In this document: positions 39,609 to 49,183 of the stretch, piece after piece
Position numbering within the stretch: the stretch's first letter is position 1
How the letters are laid out: each line of letters opens with the position of its first letter
Source of the DNA: Aeromicrobium sp.
GTDB taxonomy: Bacteria; Actinomycetota; Actinomycetes; Propionibacteriales; Nocardioidaceae
DNA: 64,000 nucleotides
Reading direction: 5' to 3'
Assembly: GCA_008017265.1 (NCBI GenBank)
Contig: SSHC01000022.1
Coordinates: 3,194-67,193 of the forward strand
Notes under the pieces: generated by a model
What the model saw: the letters and a program-made list of their open reading frames with translations, nothing else
What the model was told of the DNA's origin: nothing
Database searches by the model: none
Program-made: the position numbers and the translations under genes

Positions 39609-40457
39609 TCAGTTTTCGACGGGTACAAGTTCGGCTTCTTGGGCGACTTTGGCTTCGCGGCGTGGCGCAGTTCGTCCGTGGGTCACGAAGAGGACGAGTG
39701 CCGTAAACGCGAGCCCGCCAACGAGGTTGCCGAGGACGACGGGGATTTCGTTCCAGATGAAGTAGTCGAGGATAGTGAAGTCTCCGCCGAGCAAAATGCC
39801 GGAGGGGAAGAGGAACATGTTGACGATCGAGTGTTCGAACCCCATCGCAAAGAAGAGCATGACCGGCATCCACATGGCGATGACTTTGCCGGGGACGTCG
39901 GTAGCGATCATCGCGCCAACGACGCCGGTGGAAACCATCCAGTTGCAGAGCACGCCACGCACGAAGATCGTGAGCCAGCCGGCTGCACCATATTCGGCAT
40001 AGCCGAGCGTGCGGTTTTCGCCGATATGGCCAATGGCTTTGCCGACTTCGTTGGGTTCGGTGGCGAATCCGAAGGTGAACACGATGCCCATCAGCACGGC
40101 CACAACGAGTGCACCGGCGAAGTTGCCAATGAACACGAGGCCCCAGTTGCGTAGGACGCCTTTCGCAGTAACGCCGGGACGCTTGTCCAACCAGGCAAGG
40201 GGGGCGAGGACGAATACGCCGGTCAGCAAGTCATAACCAAGGAGGTAGAGCATCACGAAACCGACAGGGAATAGTAAAGCGCCGATGAGTGGTGAACCGG
40301 TTTGGACGCTCATGGTGACGGCGAACGCTGCGGCGAGGGAAAGGATCGCGCCGGCCATGAATGCTCGAATGAGCGTGTCGCGGGTCGACATGAAGATCTT
40401 GGATTCGCCTGCGTCTGTCAGCGAGGTGACCAAGTCAGCTGGTTTCACGTAACTCAT
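39609..40457 (-). CDS. nirC: Formate/nitrite transporter (NirC-like)
   Basis: LFPVG, DLLTG, GNFAG, LCNWMV, FEHSIVNMF, GNLVGG. Start at MSYVKP. Confidence 0.9.
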   Translation of the reverse strand: MSYVKPADLVTSLTDAGESKIFMSTRDTLIRAFMAGAILSLAAAFAVTMSVQTGSPLIGALLFPVGFVMLYLLGYDLLTGVFVLAPLAWLDKRPGVTAKGVLRNWGLVFIGNFAGALVVAVLMGIVFTFGFATEPNEVGKAIGHIGENRTLGYAEYGAAGWLTIFVRGVLCNWMVSTGVVGAMIATDVPGKVIAMWMPVMLFFAMGFEHSIVNMFLFPSGILLGGDFTILDYFIWNEIPVVLGNLVGGLAFTALVLFVTHGRTAPRREAKVAQEAELVPVEN

Positions 40458-40557
40458 GGTGGCCTTTCGGGTCGGGTTGGTTGGACCGATAAAAAGACCG
40501 TAAAAGTCGTGAGTTTCCGTTATGTGTCGTAAATGAGTCAATTTGAGTAACGTTTCC

Positions 40558-40584
40558 CTCTCAGCGGCGCTCAGGGTGTGTGAG
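40558..40584 (-). promoter_or_regulatory. Candidate NnaR operator next to GlnR-like half sites
   Basis: Minus strand CTCACAC-N13-CTGAGAG, followed by GAAAC GTTAC and a further GAAAC TCAC toward nirC. Confidence 0.5.
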
Positions 40585-40605
40585 GTTGAGATCCCGAGCG
40601 TTTTC

Positions 40606-40621
40606 CGTGATCCAGATCACT
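40606..40621. promoter_or_regulatory. CRP/GlxR-like site
   Basis: CGTGA-TCCAGA-TCACT in the nirC/dnaK divergent region. Confidence 0.5.
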
Positions 40622-40663
40622 TGCTTTCGTGGTTTTGAGGGGAATGAAAGCGGTTTGGACAAA

Positions 40664-40684
40664 GTTGATAACATTAGACTCAAG
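40664..40684 (+). promoter_or_regulatory. HAIR element (HspR operator)
   Basis: GTTGATA-N7-ACTCAAG compared with the consensus CTTGAGT-N7-ACTCAAG, upstream of the dnaK operon that encodes hspR. Confidence 0.75.
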
Positions 40685-40749
40685 TCATCTGACAAAGATT
40701 CTTGCAACACTCGAAAACATTCGATTAACCGTTTCCTAGGAGGAACAAC

Positions 40750-42588
40750 ATGGCTCGCGCAGTCGGAATCGACCTCGGCACCACCAATAGCGTTGTCGCG
40801 GTCCTAGAAGGTGGCGAACCCACCGTCATCGCAAACGCTGAAGGTGCCCGCACGACGCCTTCGGTTGTCGCATTCGCTAAAGACGGCGAAGTCTTGACCG
40901 GCGAAGTCGCCAAGCGCCAGGGCGTCGCGAACGTTGATCGCACGATCCGTTCGGTCAAGCGCTACATGGGTACGGACTGGTCCGTCAAGATCGACGACAA
41001 GTCGTTCAACCCGCAACAAATCAGTGCGTTCATTTTGCAGAAGCTCAAGCGCGATGCTGAGGCGTACCTCGGTGAAGAAGTGACCGACGCCGTCATCACG
41101 GTCCCGGCCTACTTCAACGATCACCAGCGTCAAGCTACGAAGGAAGCCGGTGAAATCGCGGGCCTCAACGTCAGCCGCATCATCAACGAGCCCACCGCTG
41201 CTGCACTCGCGTACGGCCTCGACAAGGGTGACGACCAGACCATCCTCATCTTCGACCTCGGTGGCGGAACGTTCGATGTCTCCTTGCTCGAAATCGGTGA
41301 CGGCGTCATCGAAGTGAAGGCAACGAGTGGCGACAACCACCTCGGTGGCGACGACTGGGACGACGCGATCGTCAACTGGCTCGTCACGAGCTTCAAAGCT
41401 GCCAAGGGTGTTGATCTCACGAAAGACAAGATGGCCATGCCGCGCATCCGCGAGGCCGCAGAACGCGCCAAGATCGAACTCTCGAGCTCGTCCTCGACTT
41501 CGATTAACTTGCCTTACATCACGATCATCGACGGCAACCCAGAGTTCCTCGACGAAACGCTCACGCGTGCCGAGTTCGAGAAGATCACCTCTGACTTGCT
41601 CGAACGCTGTAAGGCGCCGTTCAACAACGTCATCCGTGACGCTGGCATGAGCGTCGGCGAGATTGACCACGTTGTCATGGTGGGTGGTTCCACCCGTATG
41701 CCAGCGGTCACCGAACTCGTCAAGTCGCTCACGGGCGGCAAGGAGCCCAACAAGGGCGTCAACCCGGACGAAGTCGTTGCTGTCGGCGCGAGCCTCCAGG
41801 CTGGCGTGCTCAAGGGTGAAGTCAAGGACGTTTTGCTCCTCGACGTCACCCCGCTCAGCCTCGGCATCGAAACCAAGGGCGGTGTGATGACCAAGCTCAT
41901 CGAACGCAACACGACGATCCCAACCAAGCGTTCCGAAGTGTTCACCACAGCCGACGACAACCAGCCGTCCGTGCAGATTCAGGTGTACCAGGGTGAACGC
42001 GAAATGGCGGCCGGCAACCAGTTGCTCGCCACGTTCGAACTCACGGGTCTGCCACCGGCGCCCCGCGGCGTCCCGCAGATCGAGGTCACGTTCGATATCG
42101 ACGCAAACGGCATTGTCAACGTGTCGGCGAAGGATCGCGGCACTGGCAAGGAACAGTCCATGACGATCACGGGTGGCTCGGCGTTGTCGAAGGACGACAT
42201 CGACAAGATGGTCAAGGATGCTGAACAGTACGCCGAAGAAGATCGCAAGCGTCGTGAAGCGGTCGAGACTCGCAACCAGGCCGAAGCGCTGGCACACAGC
42301 ACCGAGAAGTTCCTCGCCGACAACGGTGAAACCATCGGTGACGATGTGAAGACTGAAGTGCAAGCCGACCTTGACGAACTCAACGAAGCGCTCAAGGGCG
42401 AAGAACTCGACGTCATCGAGGCTGCAGTCCAGAAGCTCGGCGCATCGAGTTCGAAGATGGGCGAAGCGATGTACGCCGCTGCTGCCGCTGAAGCACAAGC
42501 CGCTGAAGCTGCCGGTGGTGACACTGACAGCGACGACGACGTTGTTGAAGCCGAGATCGTTGACGAAGACAACGGTGACGACAAGTGA
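40750..42588 (+). CDS. dnaK: Chaperone DnaK
   Basis: [44 protein letters not shown]. Confidence 0.98.
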   Translation: MARAVGIDLGTTNSVVAVLEGGEPTVIANAEGARTTPSVVAFAKDGEVLTGEVAKRQGVANVDRTIRSVKRYMGTDWSVKIDDKSFNPQQISAFILQKLKRDAEAYLGEEVTDAVITVPAYFNDHQRQATKEAGEIAGLNVSRIINEPTAAALAYGLDKGDDQTILIFDLGGGTFDVSLLEIGDGVIEVKATSGDNHLGGDDWDDAIVNWLVTSFKAAKGVDLTKDKMAMPRIREAAERAKIELSSSSSTSINLPYITIIDGNPEFLDETLTRAEFEKITSDLLERCKAPFNNVIRDAGMSVGEIDHVVMVGGSTRMPAVTELVKSLTGGKEPNKGVNPDEVVAVGASLQAGVLKGEVKDVLLLDVTPLSLGIETKGGVMTKLIERNTTIPTKRSEVFTTADDNQPSVQIQVYQGEREMAAGNQLLATFELTGLPPAPRGVPQIEVTFDIDANGIVNVSAKDRGTGKEQSMTITGGSALSKDDIDKMVKDAEQYAEEDRKRREAVETRNQAEALAHSTEKFLADNGETIGDDVKTEVQADLDELNEALKGEELDVIEAAVQKLGASSSKMGEAMYAAAAAEAQAAEAAGGDTDSDDDVVEAEIVDEDNGDDK

Positions 42589-43199
42589 GTGAGACTCCCT
42601 TCGACGAAACTGACGTCTCGAGTCAAGACGGCGCCTCCTCCCTGGTGGAGGAGGCCGCCGTCGACTCGGCAGCAAACGAAGAGGCCACGCCCGAAGTCGA
42701 CAAGGTGGCTGAACTCACGGGCGACCTGCAACGTCTGCAAGCCGAATACCTCAATTACAAGCGCCGGGTCGATCGCGAGAAGGACCTCGCGAAACAGCGC
42801 GGTCGTGATGAGGTACTCGATTCGCTGCTCATCGTCCTTGACGACATCGATCGGGCCGCGCAGCACGAAGAACTCGCCGGTGGGTTTAAGGCAGTCGCCG
42901 ACGCGTTGCGCAGTGCGACGGGCAAGCACGGACTTGAACAGTTTGGTGAAGCCGGCGAAGCGTTCGATCCGAACTTCCATGAAGCGATTTCGCATGCGGG
43001 AGAGTCCGCAGACGTGACCGTGACGAGCCTGGCTCAGGTGCTTCGTCAAGGCTTCAAGGTGGGCGAGCGGGTCTTGCGTCCAGCGACCGTCATCGTTGTC
43101 GATCCAGCGACGGAAGCTGCGCCAAGCGACTCAGCTTCTGGTGAGAATGCCCAAGCAGCAGTGCCCGAAACTGCTGACTCCGCTGATTCAGCCGAATAA
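42585..43199 (+). CDS. grpE: Nucleotide exchange factor GrpE
   Basis: [29 protein letters not shown]. Confidence 0.96.
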   Translation: MSETPFDETDVSSQDGASSLVEEAAVDSAANEEATPEVDKVAELTGDLQRLQAEYLNYKRRVDREKDLAKQRGRDEVLDSLLIVLDDIDRAAQHEELAGGFKAVADALRSATGKHGLEQFGEAGEAFDPNFHEAISHAGESADVTVTSLAQVLRQGFKVGERVLRPATVIVVDPATEAAPSDSASGENAQAAVPETADSADSAE

Positions 43200-43231
43200 T
43201 CCAACCGTTGACCTAAGGAGTTGAGAAAGCC

Positions 43232-44341
43232 ATGAGTACCCCGTCAGATTGGGCGAGCAAGGACTTTTATCAGATCCTTGGCGTCAAAAAGGATGCGAAG
43301 CCCGAGGAAATCAAGAAGGCATATCGCAAACTCGCACGAGACAACCATCCCGACTCGAACCCCGGCAACAAGCAAGCCGAAGAACGCTTCAAAGAAGTGT
43401 CCGAAGCCTACGGCGTCGTGGGGAACGAGGAAAAGCGCAAGCAATACGACGAACAGCGCACCTTGTTCGGCCAGTTCAAAGGCGGATTCCAAGGTGGTGC
43501 TCCCGGTGGAGTCGATTTTGACTTCAACGACTTGCTGGGTGGACTGTTTGGCCAAGGCGGACGTAGCGCGGGTCGGCGTCGACCACAACCGCGCCGCGGA
43601 GACGATCTCGAAACCTCAGCGACGATTTCGTTTGAACAGTCGATCAACGGGGTGACCCTGCCGATTCGGTTGAGTTCGGACGAACCCTGCCGTACCTGTC
43701 ACGGCACGGGCGCAAAGCCAGGGACCGTTCCGAAAACATGCGCAAACTGCCACGGCAGCGGCATGCAAACCGGTACCAGCGGTGGTGTCTTTGCCATGAC
43801 TGAACCCTGCACCGCATGTCGCGGACGAGGGCTCATCGTCGAGTCGCCATGTCCCACCTGCCACGCATCGGGCCGCGCCCCCTCGACGCGGTCGATTTCA
43901 GTCAAGATCCCTGCCGGCGTTAAAGACGGGCAACGCATCCGCTTGCGAGGAAAGGGAAGCCCCGGTGAAAACGGTGGCCCGGTCGGCGACCTGTATGTGC
44001 TCGTTCACGTGGGCGACCACGCAGTGTTCGGACGGAAGGGCAACAGTTTGACCTTGACTGTGCCCATCACATTCGATGAAGCGGCTCTGGGCACTCAAAT
44101 CCAAGTGCCCACACTCAGCGGTTCGACTGTCACGCTCAAGATTCCAGCCGGAACCCCGACGGGCCGCACTTTCCGCGTGCGCGGAAAAGCCGGAACAACG
44201 GATTCTGCGGATATGCTCGTTACAACCGAGGTTGTGGTTCCGAGCACGCTCACCGAAGCAGAACGGGCAGCAATCGAAGCCATGCGCGACGCTCGCGGTG
44301 ACGACGATCCGCGCGCCGCGCTGTTCGCGAAAGTGAGGTGA
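43232..44341 (+). CDS. dnaJ: Chaperone DnaJ
   Basis: J-domain HPD, G/F region, four CxxCxxxG zinc motifs. Confidence 0.96.
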   Translation: MSTPSDWASKDFYQILGVKKDAKPEEIKKAYRKLARDNHPDSNPGNKQAEERFKEVSEAYGVVGNEEKRKQYDEQRTLFGQFKGGFQGGAPGGVDFDFNDLLGGLFGQGGRSAGRRRPQPRRGDDLETSATISFEQSINGVTLPIRLSSDEPCRTCHGTGAKPGTVPKTCANCHGSGMQTGTSGGVFAMTEPCTACRGRGLIVESPCPTCHASGRAPSTRSISVKIPAGVKDGQRIRLRGKGSPGENGGPVGDLYVLVHVGDHAVFGRKGNSLTLTVPITFDEAALGTQIQVPTLSGSTVTLKIPAGTPTGRTFRVRGKAGTTDSADMLVTTEVVVPSTLTEAERAAIEAMRDARGDDDPRAALFAKVR

Positions 44342-44345
44342 CGTC

Positions 44346-44732
44346 ATGAGTGAGTTTGTGCCGCCAGGACCTGAAGCGAAGGTCTTCGTCATCAGCATCG
44401 CCGCGGAGCTTTCCGGCCTGCATCCACAAACACTGCGCACCTACGACCGGATGGGCATTGTGTCGGCTGGGCGCACGGCAGGCGGCGGTCGCCGTTACTC
44501 CGTGCGTGACATCGAACTGCTTCAAATGGTCACGCAACTGACCGCCGAAGGACTCGGTCTCGAAGGTGTGAAACGCGTAATCGAACTGGAAAAACAGGTT
44601 GCTCACTTGAAAGAGCGAGTGACGCAACTCGAGAACGAATTGCTGCTCGCCTCCGCACCGCATAACTTGCCGGCGCTCTTGCCAGCACAGCAAGTGATGG
44701 TGTGGCGAGCCAGCAAACGCCGCCAGTCCTGA
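44346..44732 (+). CDS. hspR: Heat-shock repressor HspR (MerR family)
   Basis: ISIAAELSGLHPQTLRTYDRMG..RTAGGGRRYS, last gene of the dnaK operon. Confidence 0.95.
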   Translation: MSEFVPPGPEAKVFVISIAAELSGLHPQTLRTYDRMGIVSAGRTAGGGRRYSVRDIELLQMVTQLTAEGLGLEGVKRVIELEKQVAHLKERVTQLENELLLASAPHNLPALLPAQQVMVWRASKRRQS

Positions 44733-44774
44733 CGCACCTAGCTCGGTACGCGTCGGGCTCAGTTACGTGCTGGC

Positions 44775-46298
44775 TCAGTTCACGAGCCGGTCGCGCCCTT
44801 GCCAGAACTCTTCACGCAGTTTGAACTTCTGCAACTTTCCGGTTGCGGTGCGTGCAAGTTCATCGCGGAACTCGATCCGTTTCGGACATTTGTAACCAGC
44901 CAACAGCGTGCGCGTGTGAGCGATGAGTTCGTCACCTGTTACGTCACCGTCTACAACGACGAGTGCAGTGACGAGTTCGCCCCACTTGTCATCGGGCACA
45001 CCGATCACGGCAACCTCACGCACCGCAGGGTGTAGTGACAGGGCGTCTTCCACTTCGATCGAGGAGACGTTCTCGCCACCGGTCACGATGACGTCCTTCT
45101 TGCGGTCGGCGATCGTGAGGTAGCCATCTTCGAAAGTTCCGCCGTCGCCCGTATGGAACCAGCCATCCGCAAGCGCTTGGGCGCTCGCTTCGGGATTTTC
45201 CCAATACGATTCGAGCACCGTGTTGGATTGCACAAGGATTTCGCCCTCGTCATCGATATGGAAGGACGCTCCGATCACCGGGGCTCCGGCTCGCCCGAGC
45301 AGCCGGGCTTGTTCTTCGGGATCGAACTCTTCCCATTCGGTGCGCATCCGGTTGATGGTGATCACCGGAGCAGTCTCGGTGAGCCCATAAATCTGAATAA
45401 ACTCCCAACCGAGTTCTTCACGTACGCGCATGATCGTTCTCGTCGGTGGTGGCGCCCCCGCGATGATGCAGCGCAGATTTCCTGCGCCAGGGATGTCGCC
45501 GTCCCAGTCTTTTGCAGCTTCGAGCACCATCGCAATGACGGCGGGAGCCCCACATAAATATGTAACGCCGTGTTCTTGGATGCGGCGCAAGATCTCGGCG
45601 CCGTCAACCTGACGCAAGATCACGTGCTTGGCGCCCATGCCGGTTGCCGTGTACACCTGACCCCACGAGTTGCAATGGAACTGTGGCAGCGTGTGCAGGT
45701 AGACGTCGTTGTCGTTGACGCCAGAATGCCAACCAAATACGACCGCGTTCATCCACAAGTTTCGGTGGGTCATCTGAACGCCTTTGGGACGTGCGGTCGT
45801 GCCGGACGTGTAGTTGATCGTCGCGGTCGCATTCTCGTCGGCTTCCCATTCGCGCGGGGCGGCCGTGCTAGCCCAGATCTTGTCGTCATCTTCACCCAAA
45901 ATGAACACGTGCTTGCAGTCAACGTGTTCGGCCATGTGCGCGAGTTCGGGGTCGAGCATGAGCACCTCGGCCCCCGAATGCTCCACGATGTATTTCACTT
46001 CGGCAGGTGCGAGTCGGAAGTTGATCGGTACCAACACGCGACCCCAACCCGAGACGCCAAAGAAAGAGACGAGCTGGCGCGCCGAGTTCTGCGTCATGAT
46101 GGCGACCCGGGCGCCCACGTCGATGCCAAGCTCGTCGAGGGTCGCGGCCTGCGAACGCGCCTTTGCTGCCATCTGGCGATACGTGATCGGTTCCCACGGT
46201 TGCGCCGGCTGATCGGGTTCGTCGATCACCGCGATTCGATCGGGATACACCAAACTCGCCCGTTCCAGAAAGTGTCGAACCGTCATCTGGACGATCAT
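44775..46298 (-). CDS. Acyl-CoA synthetase (AMP-binding enzyme)
   Basis: YTSGTTARPKG, YGLTE, WFHTGD, DRKKD..GGENV, TATGKLQK. Start at MIVQMT. Confidence 0.92.
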   Translation of the reverse strand: MIVQMTVRHFLERASLVYPDRIAVIDEPDQPAQPWEPITYRQMAAKARSQAATLDELGIDVGARVAIMTQNSARQLVSFFGVSGWGRVLVPINFRLAPAEVKYIVEHSGAEVLMLDPELAHMAEHVDCKHVFILGEDDDKIWASTAAPREWEADENATATINYTSGTTARPKGVQMTHRNLWMNAVVFGWHSGVNDNDVYLHTLPQFHCNSWGQVYTATGMGAKHVILRQVDGAEILRRIQEHGVTYLCGAPAVIAMVLEAAKDWDGDIPGAGNLRCIIAGAPPPTRTIMRVREELGWEFIQIYGLTETAPVITINRMRTEWEEFDPEEQARLLGRAGAPVIGASFHIDDEGEILVQSNTVLESYWENPEASAQALADGWFHTGDGGTFEDGYLTIADRKKDVIVTGGENVSSIEVEDALSLHPAVREVAVIGVPDDKWGELVTALVVVDGDVTGDELIAHTRTLLAGYKCPKRIEFRDELARTATGKLQKFKLREEFWQGRDRLVN

Positions 46299-46315
46299 GA
46301 AGTCTCCTCTGTTTA

Positions 46316-46331
46316 TGTGACTCACCTCACG
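46316..46331. promoter_or_regulatory. CRP/GlxR-like site
   Basis: TGTGA-CTCACC-TCACG just upstream of the acyl-CoA synthetase start. Confidence 0.55.
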
Positions 46332-46412
46332 CCCATTCTTGCGCAGACCTAACGAAGCGCAAGTACGTAGGGCCCGCAATGTTCAGGAGAAGATCGATAC
46401 CAGACTTGTCAA

Positions 46413-46430
46413 GACCTCCATGTGGGGGTC
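46413..46430. promoter_or_regulatory. Candidate LuxR/NarL-type operator
   Basis: GACCTCCA-TG-TGGGGGTC inverted repeat (7 of 8 match, 2-nt spacer) upstream of the beta-helix gene. Confidence 0.4.
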
Positions 46431-46601
46431 ATTTGTGCCGAATGCGCCGTTTGGATTCTTGGAATGTGCTGGAGATCGTTTTGACTGAGACTGCACGCGT
46501 GCGATGTTCGCTCGCGCTCGGGCAACGTTCAAATTGACACAGTGTCGTGACCTTCGTGAAATCTCGGGGGGTCACGCCGCATTAATGTTTTGGGAAATCA
46601 C

Positions 46602-49064
46602 ATGGTGAAACAACGAGTTCAGAATGCACGAGGACGTCGTGCTGCCGCACTCGCGAGTGCAGCAGCGATTGTCGGCACGTCGTTCTTCGTAGGCATGCCA
46701 ACAGCAATGGCCGCTCCGGACGCAATTACCGTCACGAGCCTTGGCCTCGCGGGTAACGCAGTCGCAGGCGTTTGCGAAGCAACGACAGGCGCAGGGAACT
46801 GTACCCTGCGCGGAGCGCTTGAAATTGCCAACGCTTCGACCAACCCCGACGGCGTGGAGATCACGTTTGCTTCTGCCCTTTCAGGAACGGGCAAGATCGT
46901 CACCACGGGTGGCGACGTGAACAGCATGTACACCTCTCGTGTCGGCAACCCGGCAGGCAACCTCAACGGTGCTATCGGGCAAAACGGCGCGCGTTTCCTC
47001 GTCGACTCCGATGTTCCTGTTTCCATCGACTTCACGAACCTCGACGGTATCGACGGTCAAGACTGGCACGCAACTGCAGGTTTCTACGTCAAGTCTGACG
47101 ATGTGGTTCTTGAAAACCTCACGACCTTCCGTGCAGCAGAGGCAGGCATCGCCGTCGGTGGCTCTAACGTCGACATCAATGACGTTAACCTCTCGGATAC
47201 CGACACGGTTTGGGGTGAAATTGGTGTCGCTTTCCTTGATGGTGCGAGCGATGTCACGCTTAACCGCGTTACATCACACAGCATGTACTGGGCCAACTAC
47301 GCAGTTGACACTGCCGCCACGGTCTCGAACATTCGCTTCAACGCGGTCCGCAGTGCTGGCGTTCACGCCTGGGCACATATTGACATCGAAGACGGTGCAA
47401 CGGTTAACGGCTTTGTTGTTGACAATTCTGTCTTAGGCGCTTCGTCTGAAACTTCGCCAACTCATGGCTTCTGGATGAACCCGAACATCACGGTGACTGG
47501 ACTCCAGTTCACGAATTCGCAGTTCCTATCGCCTGGCCAGAACGGACTCTTCTTCGAAGGTAGTGGCCAGAACCTCACGAACACGCGCATTGTTAACTCC
47601 GAATTCACCGGTACGGGAAATAACCTGCCTGGTTATGATGCGGGCAACATCAGCCGAGTGATCGGAAACAACACAGGGACGTGGAACGGTCTTACGTTTG
47701 AAGACAACACGATCGACCAAGCGCAGGCCGTGAAATTTGGCGGTACGGTCCGCAACGCGACCTTCGTCAACAACACGTTCAGCAACGTTAATGATCCCGC
47801 ATTCGCTGCACTGCATTTGGGCAACGTTTCAGAGAACATCACGGTCGCGAACAATGAGTTCGATCGGATCTGGGCTCATGACACGATTCGGGTTGAAGGC
47901 ACGAGCGCCGAAAATGTTGTCATCGAAGACAACGACATTTTCAATCTCACCGCTAGCGTGAGCCGCGCTGCGATTGGTATCTACGCCAATGGCACAGGTA
48001 ACCGTGTGCGCAATAACAACATGCAGCAGGACATCTCGGGTGCTCCCGGTTTGCCGGATCACGTGGACAACCATTGGGCCATCTGGAACGAAGCACAAGC
48101 GGCTACTGCAACCGACACGATCGGCTGGCAAATCACCAACAACCACATTGAAGGCTTCGGCGGTAAAGACCGTTCGCAGGCCCCAATCGTGAACAACGCG
48201 CGTGGCAAGCTTCTCGTCACTGGTAATACCTTCGGGCCGCACACTCGTGGTGGAGTTACGACGGATGTCGAGCACTCTGCTTTCTGGTTCCTCTGGAACG
48301 TACACGACTCGTTGAGCAACAACACGGTCCAGACGTTCCGCGCTGAGAATGTGGCGTTGGATGGTACGAATGCGACATTCACCGCAGTTCAGCCGGCTCC
48401 CTTGATTGGTAACAATGCCGCTGTCGGTCCCGTTACCTTGCATGTTTACTGGACGGCCGCCGACAACGCTGAGGTTTACCTCGGTGCGATCACCGACGTG
48501 AACGCTGGTGAATCGGTCTCGATCCCAGCAACCCAGACCAACGGATTCATTCGTCTCCAGACGGTGGATGCCAACGGAAACACGTCGCAGTACTCGGCAC
48601 TTGACCCAGACGCGCCAAGCCAAGTTCCAGCGGCACCATCTGTTGGTGAAGTCACCGAGGACACTGCAAGTGGAACCGGAACTCCAGGCGCCAACGTCGT
48701 GGTACGGGACGAATCGGATGAAGAAGTTGCCAGTGTGGAAGTTGCACCGAACGGTGAATGGACAGTGTCTGGCCTTCAGTGTGAAACCGGATACACCGTG
48801 ACGCAAGTTGTTGGCGGTATTTCCAGTGGAGAGACGGCATTCACGACTGCTACTTGCGGTAGCAATGCTGGCCCCGGAGATAACGGAGACGGCAACGGTG
48901 ACGGAGACGGCGACGGTAACGGAAGCGATGCCGGTGACGATCAGAAGCTCGACGCCACGGGAATGCCGGGCGGCATCCTCGGTGGTGTGATCGCGGGAAT
49001 TCTCGCGCTCATGGCGGCTGGCGCTGCGTTCGTTGCATCCCGCAACGTTGCACGCAATATCTGA
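46602..49064 (+). CDS. Large cell-surface right-handed parallel beta-helix protein with CSLREA-like cap, Ig-like domain and sortase-type anchor
   Basis: Signal peptide ending PTAMA, C..GNCTLRGALEIAN, many Asn-rich coils (TFEDNTI, TFVNNTF, VANNEF, IEDNDI), Ig-like SGTGTPGA.V.V..NGEWTV, GDGN linker, LDATG + TM + basic tail. Confidence 0.8.
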   Translation: MVKQRVQNARGRRAAALASAAAIVGTSFFVGMPTAMAAPDAITVTSLGLAGNAVAGVCEATTGAGNCTLRGALEIANASTNPDGVEITFASALSGTGKIVTTGGDVNSMYTSRVGNPAGNLNGAIGQNGARFLVDSDVPVSIDFTNLDGIDGQDWHATAGFYVKSDDVVLENLTTFRAAEAGIAVGGSNVDINDVNLSDTDTVWGEIGVAFLDGASDVTLNRVTSHSMYWANYAVDTAATVSNIRFNAVRSAGVHAWAHIDIEDGATVNGFVVDNSVLGASSETSPTHGFWMNPNITVTGLQFTNSQFLSPGQNGLFFEGSGQNLTNTRIVNSEFTGTGNNLPGYDAGNISRVIGNNTGTWNGLTFEDNTIDQAQAVKFGGTVRNATFVNNTFSNVNDPAFAALHLGNVSENITVANNEFDRIWAHDTIRVEGTSAENVVIEDNDIFNLTASVSRAAIGIYANGTGNRVRNNNMQQDISGAPGLPDHVDNHWAIWNEAQAATATDTIGWQITNNHIEGFGGKDRSQAPIVNNARGKLLVTGNTFGPHTRGGVTTDVEHSAFWFLWNVHDSLSNNTVQTFRAENVALDGTNATFTAVQPAPLIGNNAAVGPVTLHVYWTAADNAEVYLGAITDVNAGESVSIPATQTNGFIRLQTVDANGNTSQYSALDPDAPSQVPAAPSVGEVTEDTASGTGTPGANVVVRDESDEEVASVEVAPNGEWTVSGLQCETGYTVTQVVGGISSGETAFTTATCGSNAGPGDNGDGNGDGDGDGNGSDAGDDQKLDATGMPGGILGGVIAGILALMAAGAAFVASRNVARNI

Positions 49065-49078
49065 GAGAAACCAAGATG

Positions 49079-49124
49079 CGGTGGGAGTGTGCGCTAATGC
49101 GTGCGCTCCCACCGTTCTCTTTCT
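49079..49124 (+). terminator. Intrinsic terminator after the beta-helix gene
   Basis: CGGTGGGAGTGTGCGC / GCGTGCGCTCCCACCG stem followed by TTCTCTTTCT. Confidence 0.8.
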
Positions 49125-49183
49125 GTGGTGCATCTTCGAGTGCGCATTTCGGCAACTAACAATGCGAAAGACCTGAAACTACA

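Noticed and set aside
40804-42675. 623-aa ORF antisense to dnaK
   Set aside because: Well-known shadow ORF caused by dnaK codon bias (often mis-annotated as glutamate dehydrogenase). No RBS or independent motifs.
46500-46600. c-di-GMP or other known riboswitch ahead of the surface protein
   Set aside because: Only a single hairpin is visible, with no recognisable GEMM two-hairpin or tetraloop-receptor consensus.
47829-49133. 434-aa antisense ORF over the beta-helix gene (likewise 19861-20964, 18021-19043 and 59047-60387)
   Set aside because: Shadow frames of strongly biased genes, with no domain motifs.
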